Assembly: GCF_000020225.1 (NCBI RefSeq) | Contig: NC_010655.1 | Location: forward strand, 1,560,001 to 1,592,000 | Origin: Akkermansia muciniphila ATCC BAA-835 | GTDB taxonomy: Bacteria; Verrucomicrobiota; Verrucomicrobiia; Verrucomicrobiales; Akkermansiaceae | Length of the DNA stretch: 32,000 nt | Direction: 5' to 3' | In this document: positions 1-7,858 of the stretch, piece by piece | How the letters are laid out: each line of letters opens with the position of its first letter | Position numbering within the stretch: position 1 is the first letter of the stretch | Translations under genes and position numbers: made by a program | Notes under the pieces: generated by a model | Databases searched by the model: none | Seen by the model: only the letters and a program-made list of their open reading frames with translations | Told to the model about the DNA's origin: nothing

Positions 1-31
1 AATAAAATCCAGGTTTCCCTGCTCCGGCGTC

Positions 32-697
32 ATGCCGGAGCAGGGGGCTTCATGGGCCGTTTTTATGGAAGACCCCCTTTCATTGGAGCAATGTGCCGGA
101 CGTCTGGAACGGCGTGGATTCCGGAGTTTTGTAGTGCCGGACCTGAGGGCGGCTGCGGAGGTTATGCGCGGCCTGGTGCGGGAGTTCAGGCCGTCGTCCG
201 CTTCCTATGGGGATTCCATGACCCTGAAGGATGCGGGCATTCTTGATGACCTGCGCTCCAATCCGGACATTCAGTTCTATGACGGCTTTGTTCCGGGCAT
301 GGTGCGGGAGGAGAAATGGGAAATCCGCCGCCAGGGCATGACGGCGGACCTGTTTTTAACCGGCGTCAATGCCGTCAGCATGGAAGGGACCCTGCACTGG
401 GTGGACATGGTGGGCAACCGTGTGGCTCCGGTGGCATTCGGACCCCGGCGCGTCATTTTGCTGGCCGGTTCCAACAAGCTGGTGGCAACGCCGGCAGAGG
501 CCCGGGAACGCATCCGCCGCATTGCGCCCCTGAACGCCAGGCGGCATGAAGGGTTCAGGACTCCCTGCATGCACACCGGAATCTGCGCGGATTGTAATTC
601 CCCGGACCGCCTGTGCAATATTCACATGTCCATTGTTAAATGCTTTCCCGAGGGAAGAATTTCCGTCATTCTGATGGAAGAACCCGGAGGACTTTGA
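32..697 (+). CDS. LUD-domain protein (DUF162; LutC/YkgG-like 'lactate utilization' family)
   Basis: 221-aa ORF. The core 'DLFLTGVNAVSMEGTLHWVDMVGNRVAPVAFGPRRVILLAGSNKLV' and the C-terminal Cys cluster 'TPCMHTGICADCNSPDRLCN' match stand-alone LUD-domain proteins as I remember them. The true start may be the internal ATG at 65 (MEDPLSLEQ...). The stop lies 3 nt before the next gene's ATG. Confidence 0.7.
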   Translation: MPEQGASWAVFMEDPLSLEQCAGRLERRGFRSFVVPDLRAAAEVMRGLVREFRPSSASYGDSMTLKDAGILDDLRSNPDIQFYDGFVPGMVREEKWEIRRQGMTADLFLTGVNAVSMEGTLHWVDMVGNRVAPVAFGPRRVILLAGSNKLVATPAEARERIRRIAPLNARRHEGFRTPCMHTGICADCNSPDRLCNIHMSIVKCFPEGRISVILMEEPGGL

Positions 698-700
698 CCC

Positions 701-1972
701 ATGCCTTTTCAAAACCGGATAGAAATCATGGCCCCGGCGGGGTCGTTTGAATCTCTGGCGGCCGCCTTGCAGGGCGGAGCGGACTCCGTGTACTTCGGAG
801 TAGGAAAGCTGAACATGCGTTCCCGCGCCACGGTCAATTTTTCGGAAGAAGATTTGCCGGAAATCGTCGAGCGTTGCCATGAGGCGGGCGCCAAAGCTTA
901 TCTGACACTGAATATCATTGTGTACGATGAAGAGCTGGAGGCGGTGCATGCCCTGTGCGACGCCGCCCGGAAAGCCGGTGTGGATGCCGTCATCGCTTCC
1001 GACCTGGCGGTGATTTCTTATGCGCGTTCCATTGGGCTGGAAGTCCATATGTCCGTGCAGGCCAACGTCTGCAACATGGCCTCCGTCAAATTTTACGCGC
1101 AGTACGCGGATGTGGTGGTGCTGGCCCGGGAACTCACCCTGGCGCAAATCAGGCATATCATTGAATCCATCCGGAAGGAGGGCGTGAAAGGCCCCTCCGG
1201 GGAGCTGCTGCGGGTGGAAATTTTCGCCCATGGGGCGTTATGTGTGGCCGTGTCCGGCAAATGCCACATGAGCCTGGCGGCCTACAACTCCTCCGCCAAC
1301 CGGGGGGCCTGCTTCCAGAACTGCCGCCGCGCCTACCGCGTGACGGATGAGGAAACGGGCAATGAACTGGTGATAGACAACAAATACGTGATGTCTCCCA
1401 AGGACCTGTGTACCATTCCGGTGCTGGACCAGCTTCTGGACGCGGGCGTTTCCGTGCTGAAGCTGGAAGGGCGCGGCCGTTCCTCGGATTACGTCAGGAC
1501 GGTTACCTCCGTGTACCGGGAAGCCGCGCGGGCATGCCAGGACGGAACCTTTTCCGCGGACAGGGCGGAAGCGTGGATGAAACGGCTGGAATCCGTTTTC
1601 AACCGGGGATTCTGGCAAGGCGGCTATTACCTGGGCGTGAAGTGGGGGGAATGGAGCGGTTCCGCCAACAGCCGCGCTGCCCTGTTGAAGATCCACATTG
1701 CCAGGGTAGAGAACTTTTATAAGAAGAACGGGGTGGCGGCCCTGTTCCTGGAAGCCGGCGGCCTGTCCGCGGGGCAGACCATCCTCATAACAGGCCCCAC
1801 TACGGGAGCCGTCCGCATGGAAGTGGCAGCCATGCGGAGGGAGACGGCAGAGGGCATGGAGCCCGTAGAAGCCGCTCAAAAGGGAGAAACCGTCTATCTG
1901 GCGGTTCCCGAACAGGTGCGCCGCCGGGACAAGGTGTACCTGCTGCGCCCCCGGATGCTGGAGGATGCCTGA
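701..1972 (+). CDS. Peptidase U32 family protein (Fe-S type; YhbU/YegQ/TrhP/UbiU-like)
   Basis: 423-aa ORF. The N-terminus 'IEIMAPAGSFESLAAALQGGADSVYFGV' is typical of U32. It has a complete Cx6Cx15Cx3C motif (CVAVSGKCHMSLAAYNSSANRGACFQNC, nt 1241-1324). 'KLEGRGRS' is typical of the family. Confidence 0.85.
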   Translation: MPFQNRIEIMAPAGSFESLAAALQGGADSVYFGVGKLNMRSRATVNFSEEDLPEIVERCHEAGAKAYLTLNIIVYDEELEAVHALCDAARKAGVDAVIASDLAVISYARSIGLEVHMSVQANVCNMASVKFYAQYADVVVLARELTLAQIRHIIESIRKEGVKGPSGELLRVEIFAHGALCVAVSGKCHMSLAAYNSSANRGACFQNCRRAYRVTDEETGNELVIDNKYVMSPKDLCTIPVLDQLLDAGVSVLKLEGRGRSSDYVRTVTSVYREAARACQDGTFSADRAEAWMKRLESVFNRGFWQGGYYLGVKWGEWSGSANSRAALLKIHIARVENFYKKNGVAALFLEAGGLSAGQTILITGPTTGAVRMEVAAMRRETAEGMEPVEAAQKGETVYLAVPEQVRRRDKVYLLRPRMLEDA

Positions 1973-2373
1973 ATGTCCGGTTGTCCCTTTCTTCCTCTGC
2001 CTGCCTTTTCCAAAGACCGGGAATCGACGGCAGGATGATTTTAATTTTTCCGTTTCCTGCCCGGCTGGGCCGGCGGGGCGTCCGGCTTCAGCAGGGGGGA
2101 GCTGGCTAAGCATGTTTCTGATCTTGATCGTCAGGCGCGGCATCGGCTCGGCTATCGTGAGGGCTGCCACTTCATAACGGGCGGCGATGTCGTTGATCAG
2201 ACGGACCACCTCATGGAGTTTCATTCCTCCCGGTTCCTCTTCCACTCCCGCGATGATTTCAGCCGGGGTCTTTTGAAATTCACGTTTGGCTTCCGGTCTA
2301 GAAATCCGAATCAATTAAGTTATTCATTCATTGTCTGACGTTTGAGAGAAAATGCCGTAAAGTAGTCTTCCTA

Positions 2374-5300
2374 TTGAATGAAAAAGAATTTCCCTGGCGT
2401 ATTATTTTAAAACCGTATGCCATGCCTGATTATATTTCCTTTCTGCGTCTTTTTTCATGTTCCTGCGCCTTGCTGTGTGCCGGAATGCTCCACGCTTCCG
2501 GTTTGCAGCCCTGGTTGCGGGAGCTGGACGTAATCCCGCCTGCGCCTTCCGCGAAAGAAAAGGATGCATGGATGAGGCAGGTATGGACGCGGACGGCGGA
2601 ATATGCGGCTTCCCTTTCCGAGCCTGCTGCCGCTGACGATTGCGGGGATGCGATGGTTTTGCTGGTTCCCGTATTTCAGGCGTGGCCGGACGGGAAGGCA
2701 GCAGGTGCCGCGCTGGCGGAAATTCTTTCCGTTCCCGCGGAGAGTATTGGAGCTGTTTCTTCCTGGGATGACCTGGTTAAGCATCAGGAAGCCATTCAGG
2801 AACGAGTCCGTTTCCTCAGGCTGAAGAAGCTGGCGGCCTATTATGACTCTGCGGCCATCCGCCGCGCGGTGAAGCGAAACCGGGACAAGTACGGGGAACG
2901 GTACGCCGGTGCGGAAGGTTTCCTGGCACGGCTGGATGAGTGGGAGAAGGAGCTGGGGCCGCTGGACCGGTGGGTGGAGCAGGCCGGGCCGGGACAGGCG
3001 GCCCTGCTGCGGGAGATGGTGGATCTGCGGAGAAAAGCCCTGATTGAAGCCCTGCCGGAACAGAACGGCCTGAAGGAATGGGTGAGCGTGCGGCGTTTCA
3101 ATCCGTCCGGGAAAAGTTCTTTCAATCATGACCGTCCGGCGAACTGGCAGGGTATTTCCAGCATGCCGGGGCCCGGGCGCAGATACCGCAGCGGCATTGT
3201 GAAATTTAACGGGGTTTCCTCTTCTTCCCCTGTGGAGCAGCTGCTGGCGGACGACCGCTGGGTCGGGCATCTGGATGTTGATTTTTCCGGGGAGAAGCTC
3301 ATGTTCACCGGGAACGGATTCGGCAAGAAGGAAAGCAGGCCCTGGGACGTTTTTGAGCTGGATTTGAAAACCGGGAAAAAGGAATCCCTTACCGCGCATA
3401 TGCCGGCGGATACGGACAGCTATAATTCCTGCTACCTGCCGGACGGCCGGATTATTTTCGTCAATACTTCCGGCATGCAGGGGGTGCCCTGCGTGGCCGG
3501 GGTGGATTACGTGGGCAACCTCCACCTTTACGACCGGGAAAAGAAAACGACCCGCCGGCTTACCTTTGACCAGGACAATAACTGGTTCCCCACCATGTTG
3601 CCGGACGGCAGGGTGATGTTCCTGCGCTGGGAGTACACGGAAAGTGCCCACTATTTCAGCCGCGTGCTGATGCACATGAATCCGGACGGCAGCGACCAGA
3701 AGGAATACTATGGTTCCAACTCCTACTGGCCCAACAGCTTGTTCAACGCACGGCCCCTCCCCGGCAGGCCGGGCATGTTTGCGGGCATTGTCAGCGGGCA
3801 CCATGGAGTCAAGAGGCTGGGGGAACTGGTCCTTTTTGACGTGAACAGGGGGCGCACCGCCACGGAGGGTGCCGTTCAGAAGATTCCGGGGTATGGAAAG
3901 CCCGTGGAAAACGTGACCAAAGATCAGCTGGTGCAGGGATTGAAGACTCCTTATTTCGCAGAACCTTATCCTTTGAATGACGAGTGTTTCCTGGCCGTTT
4001 CCTCCCCCTCCGGCAACCAGGGCGTGACCAATGTGGTCTGGTGCGACATATACGATAACATCGTTCCTCTCACGGCCTCCTCCTACTTCGTCTATGCAGA
4101 CCCCGCGCCCCTGGGGCCACGCAAAAAACCGTCCGTGTTGCATGACCGGGTGAAGACGGAAAGCAAGACGGCTACGGTTTATATTTCCGACGTATACCGG
4201 GGCCGCGCCATGGCCGGAGTGCCCAGAGGGGAAGCCAAGGCCCTGCGCGTGTTTATGTCCGAGTACAGCCCCCGCAATACGGGAAGCCACTATGCCATGG
4301 GCATGGAAAGCAACTGGGACTTGAAAGTTCTGTACGGCACCGTGCCCGTGAATCCTGACGGTTCCGCCATCTTCACGGCTCCCGCCTGCCAGCCTCTGAC
4401 GCTTCAGGTGCTGGACGGGGAGGGGCGCGCCCTGGCGCTGATGCGGAGCTGGTTTACCGCCATGCCGGGGGAAACGCTCAGCTGCATCGGCTGCCATGAA
4501 CGGCAGAACTGCGCTCCCCCCGCCAGGGCCGTCATGGCTTCCCGCCAGAAACCCGCTCCTATTGTTCCGTGGTACGGTCCGGCGCGCACTTTCTCCTTCA
4601 TGAATGAAGTGCAGCCCGTGCTGGACCGCCATTGCATACGCTGCCACACAGCGGAAGGCAAGGCCCGTGGAGGAGTGCCGGATTTCATGACATTGGAGGC
4701 CGTCAAGGGGGCTCCCGCCCCCGGTTCCGTCTCTTATTGGAACCTGCACCCCTATGTGCGCCGCAACGGCCCGGAGGGGAACTATCTGGGGCTGGCCCCC
4801 ACGGAGTTTTTCGCGGATACGTCGGAGCTTTACCAGCTCCTTAAAAAAGGCCACCATGGCGTGGAAATGCCGCAGGAGGACTGGAACCGCCTGGTCACGT
4901 GGATGGACATGAACGCCCCCTATCTGGGTGAATGGCCGGGAGAGCGCAATGAAGGGCTGCTGAAACGCCGTTATGACCTGCACGGCAGATTTTCAGGAGC
5001 GGAACGTAATTACGTGACGATGAAGGATTCCCTATTCCGGAGAAGCGCCGGCGTTTCCAAACCTGACGCCGGGAAGCCCATTGCTCGCACCGGAGGAAAG
5101 AGCGTTCCCGTTCCGGAACCGCGTAATGAAACGCTGACTGTGGATTTGGGCGACGGCGTGAACATGACATTCCGCCGCATTCCCGCAGGGAAGTTCAGGA
5201 TGGGGAATGAACGGGAAACACCGGCGGAACGTCCTGTTTCCACGGTGGGGATTGAAAGGCCGTTCTGGATGGGAGAGGCGGAAGTGACGTTGGAGCAATA

Positions 5301-5967
5301 CCGCCGCTTCGACCCGGAGTATGTTAACGGATGGTATGACATGCATTACAAGGACCAGGTGAGGCCCGGCTACGACATGGATGCCGATCCGCGTTTTCCC
5401 GTCATCCGGGTTCCTTGGGCCAGGGCCATGGAATTTTGCCGCTGGCTTTCCGGGAAAACCGGGAAAAAAGTGACCTTGCCTACGGAAGCGCAGTGGGAAT
5501 ACGCGGCCAGGGGGGGAGCTGATACGGATTTCTTTTTCGGGGAGCGGGATGCGGATTTTTCCGCGTATGCCAACCTGGGGGATGTGACCCTGAAGGAGCT
5601 GGCCGTTTCCGGCGTAGATCCCAGGCCGATTAAAAATCCCAACCGTTTCTGGGACTTCGTGCCGAGGGATGAGAAATACAATGACGGGAAGCTCCACCTG
5701 GCCCCCGTCAAGAGTTACAGGCCGAATGCCTACGGATTATACGACATGATCGGCAATGCCGCGGAATGGACCCGTTCCGAATACAGGCCTTACCCCTGGA
5801 AGGAAGGGGACGGGCGCAATGAAGGCCTGGACTCCCATGTTCCCCGTGCGGTGCGCGGCGGTTCCTGGTATGACCGTCCCAGGAGGGCCACGTCCTCCTG
5901 GCGCTGGGGCTATCCCGGCTGGCGTCCGGTGTACAACGTGGGGTTCCGGGTGATCATAGAAGACTGA
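2374..5967 (+). CDS. Large exported multidomain protein: helical N-terminal region, TolB/HzsA-like beta-propeller region, two CxxCH motifs, C-terminal FGE-sulfatase (SUMF1/EgtB/PvdO)-like domain
   Basis: 1197-aa ORF with a TTG start at 2374. The ATG at 2422 gives a better signal peptide (MPDYISFLRLFSCSCALLCAGMLHA). Propeller-like repeats: LPDGRIIF, MLPDGRVMFLRWEY, MNPDGSDQ. CIGCH lies at 4483-4497 and CIRCH at 4633-4647. The C-terminal stretch 'RVPWARAMEFCRWLSGKTGKKVTLPTEAQWEYAARGG...YGLYDMIGNAAEWT...RGGSW...VGFRV' is FGE-fold like. Confidence 0.8.
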   Translation: MNEKEFPWRIILKPYAMPDYISFLRLFSCSCALLCAGMLHASGLQPWLRELDVIPPAPSAKEKDAWMRQVWTRTAEYAASLSEPAAADDCGDAMVLLVPVFQAWPDGKAAGAALAEILSVPAESIGAVSSWDDLVKHQEAIQERVRFLRLKKLAAYYDSAAIRRAVKRNRDKYGERYAGAEGFLARLDEWEKELGPLDRWVEQAGPGQAALLREMVDLRRKALIEALPEQNGLKEWVSVRRFNPSGKSSFNHDRPANWQGISSMPGPGRRYRSGIVKFNGVSSSSPVEQLLADDRWVGHLDVDFSGEKLMFTGNGFGKKESRPWDVFELDLKTGKKESLTAHMPADTDSYNSCYLPDGRIIFVNTSGMQGVPCVAGVDYVGNLHLYDREKKTTRRLTFDQDNNWFPTMLPDGRVMFLRWEYTESAHYFSRVLMHMNPDGSDQKEYYGSNSYWPNSLFNARPLPGRPGMFAGIVSGHHGVKRLGELVLFDVNRGRTATEGAVQKIPGYGKPVENVTKDQLVQGLKTPYFAEPYPLNDECFLAVSSPSGNQGVTNVVWCDIYDNIVPLTASSYFVYADPAPLGPRKKPSVLHDRVKTESKTATVYISDVYRGRAMAGVPRGEAKALRVFMSEYSPRNTGSHYAMGMESNWDLKVLYGTVPVNPDGSAIFTAPACQPLTLQVLDGEGRALALMRSWFTAMPGETLSCIGCHERQNCAPPARAVMASRQKPAPIVPWYGPARTFSFMNEVQPVLDRHCIRCHTAEGKARGGVPDFMTLEAVKGAPAPGSVSYWNLHPYVRRNGPEGNYLGLAPTEFFADTSELYQLLKKGHHGVEMPQEDWNRLVTWMDMNAPYLGEWPGERNEGLLKRRYDLHGRFSGAERNYVTMKDSLFRRSAGVSKPDAGKPIARTGGKSVPVPEPRNETLTVDLGDGVNMTFRRIPAGKFRMGNERETPAERPVSTVGIERPFWMGEAEVTLEQYRRFDPEYVNGWYDMHYKDQVRPGYDMDADPRFPVIRVPWARAMEFCRWLSGKTGKKVTLPTEAQWEYAARGGADTDFFFGERDADFSAYANLGDVTLKELAVSGVDPRPIKNPNRFWDFVPRDEKYNDGKLHLAPVKSYRPNAYGLYDMIGNAAEWTRSEYRPYPWKEGDGRNEGLDSHVPRAVRGGSWYDRPRRATSSWRWGYPGWRPVYNVGFRVIIED

Positions 5968-5981
5968 TTGTTGAAATTGCC

Positions 5982-7844
5982 ATGAAACTGACAAAAATGT
6001 TCCGCGCTTCTGCGACTGCCCTTTGCTGCCTGCTGGCCCTCATTTCATGCAGGCAGGGACCGGATGCTGCTTCCGGCCCGCTGGCTCCGGTGGATGTGAA
6101 GGTCGTCGATCACCTGGTTGCCGTGCTGGGGCATGAGAGCTGCGTGCTGGAACTGGTGGACCCTGCTTCCGGGGAAAAGGTGAAAAGCATCCGGCTGGCC
6201 CAGCCTCCCAACGGAATGGCCGTGGATGGAGCAACGGCCTATGTGGCGGAAGGTGGCCCGCGCGGAGCAGTAGAAGTAGTGGACCTGGAAAGCGGGGCGT
6301 TGAAGCGTTCTTTTCCTGCCGGGCATACGCCCATGTCTCCCGTGGTGCGGGGGGGAAAGCTGTATGTGGCCTGCCGGTTTGATTCCCGCGTGCTGGAAAT
6401 GGACGCCGCTACCGGAACCGTGCTGGATTCCTGGAATGTCCCCCGTGAACCCGTAGCGCTGGCCGTTTCTCCGGACGGCAGGAAAATCTGGGCTGCCGGC
6501 CATTTGCCGGCCGGGGCTGCGGACGGGGATTTCACGGCTGCCGCGCTGACTCTGGTGGAAGATGGAAAAGCTGTCCATTTCCCGCTTTCCAACGGGACGC
6601 AGGGCGTGCGCGGCATGGCGATAAGCCCGGATGGCCGCTATCTGGCCGTGGCGCATGTATTGAGCCGGTACCAGGTGCCCACCACGCAGCTGGACCGCGG
6701 CTGGATGAACACGAATGCCGTGACGGTTATCGATACGGACGATCCGGACAAGCCCCATCCCGTTCTGCTGGATGACCCGGATGCGGGGGCGGCCAACCCG
6801 TGGGGCGTTTCTTTTTCCGGAGATGGCGGAAAACTGTTCGTGACGCATGCGGGGACGCATGAACTCTCCGTAATTGATTTCCCGGCCCTGCTGGAGCGCA
6901 TGAAGCGGGAAGGCCGGAGCAATGAGCCGGTTTCCGAAAGGCTTGGTTTCCTGCACGGTCTCCGCACCCGGATCGCTCTGCCCTTGAATGGCCCGCGCGC
7001 CGTGGCTTCCGATGGGGAAAACGTTTATGTGGCCGGCTACTTTTCTGATTCTCTGGCGGAAGTCTCCCTGAAGGATGCCTGCAAATCCAGGGCAATTCCC
7101 CTGAACGGCCAATTCCGGCCTTCCCGGGAAAAACTGGGGGAACGGTATTTTAATGATGCCTCCCATTGCTTCCAGGGGTGGCAGAGCTGCGCCACCTGCC
7201 ACCCGGACGGCCGGGTGGACGGCCTGAACTGGGATCTGCTGAATGACGGCATGGGCAACCCGAAAAATACGCGCACCATGTTCCTTTCTCACCGGACAAG
7301 CCCGGTGATGACGCTGGGCGTCCGCGCCTCTGCGGAAGTGGCCGTGACGGCAGGCTTTGTGCACATCCAGTTTCTGGAACCTTCCGGTGAATTGGCGGAA
7401 TGCGTGAATGCATACCTGAAAAACATGAAGGAAGTTCCCAGCCCGTTCCTGGTGGCGCATAACCCTTCCAAACAGCAGACAGGGGGGGAGGGGTGCGCCC
7501 AGTGCCATGCTCCCGGCGTGGAAAGGGGGGCTTTGTCCGAATCTGCCCGGAGGGGCAGGGAAGTGTTTAAAACAGCCGGGTGCGTGCGGTGCCACCCCCA
7601 TCCTTACTTCACTACCAAGGAACTGGTGGCCACGGGGACGGCCACGGGGCTGGATGAAGGTAAAAGCGTTCTGGTGCCCTCCCTGGCGGAAGTGTGGCGG
7701 ACCGCCCCTTACCTGCACGACGGCCGTGCGAAGACGATCCGGGAAGCCATCACGACATGCAATCCGGGGGATATCCGAGGGAAGACGAGTTCCCTGAATA
7801 ACCGTGAACTGGAGGATTTGATCAATTACGTGCAGTCCCTGTAA
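5982..7844 (+). CDS. Lipoprotein: YVTN-type beta-propeller fused to a di-haem cytochrome c peroxidase/MauG-like domain (three CxxCH)
   Basis: 620-aa ORF starting 14 nt after the previous stop. Lipobox 'LALISC'. Propeller repeats: SPDGRKIWAAG, SPDGRYLAVAH, SGDGGKLFVTH. CCP-like blocks: 'SCATCHPDGRVDGLNWDLLNDG..NPKNTRTM' and 'GCVRCHPHPYFT...PSLAEVWRTAPYLHDGRAKTIREAI'. CxxCH motifs at 7188-7202, 7494-7508 and 7581-7595. Confidence 0.85.
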   Translation: MKLTKMFRASATALCCLLALISCRQGPDAASGPLAPVDVKVVDHLVAVLGHESCVLELVDPASGEKVKSIRLAQPPNGMAVDGATAYVAEGGPRGAVEVVDLESGALKRSFPAGHTPMSPVVRGGKLYVACRFDSRVLEMDAATGTVLDSWNVPREPVALAVSPDGRKIWAAGHLPAGAADGDFTAAALTLVEDGKAVHFPLSNGTQGVRGMAISPDGRYLAVAHVLSRYQVPTTQLDRGWMNTNAVTVIDTDDPDKPHPVLLDDPDAGAANPWGVSFSGDGGKLFVTHAGTHELSVIDFPALLERMKREGRSNEPVSERLGFLHGLRTRIALPLNGPRAVASDGENVYVAGYFSDSLAEVSLKDACKSRAIPLNGQFRPSREKLGERYFNDASHCFQGWQSCATCHPDGRVDGLNWDLLNDGMGNPKNTRTMFLSHRTSPVMTLGVRASAEVAVTAGFVHIQFLEPSGELAECVNAYLKNMKEVPSPFLVAHNPSKQQTGGEGCAQCHAPGVERGALSESARRGREVFKTAGCVRCHPHPYFTTKELVATGTATGLDEGKSVLVPSLAEVWRTAPYLHDGRAKTIREAITTCNPGDIRGKTSSLNNRELEDLINYVQSL

Positions 7845-7858
7845 AGGGGCGGGAGGGC

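Noticed and set aside
1973-2314. The first ~110 codons of the minus-strand ORF 1238-2314 lie in the 400-bp gap between the U32 gene and the large operon. The stretch 'EPGGMKLHEVVRLINDIAARYEVAALTIAEPMP' vaguely recalls the C-terminal end of ureohydrolase/arginase-fold enzymes, suggesting a gene remnant.
   Set aside because: It has only a TTG start. It has no stop before running ~730 nt antisense into the U32 gene. The upstream catalytic motifs are missing, and the resemblance is too weak to support by eye. It would need a translated search to revive.
2455-4983. 842-aa minus-strand ORF, and the similar 635-aa ORF at 6045-7952.
   Set aside because: Both lie entirely antisense to well-supported plus-strand genes with recognisable domains. 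Their translations are low-complexity and rich in R/G/P/H, with no motifs. These are classic shadow ORFs of high-GC DNA.
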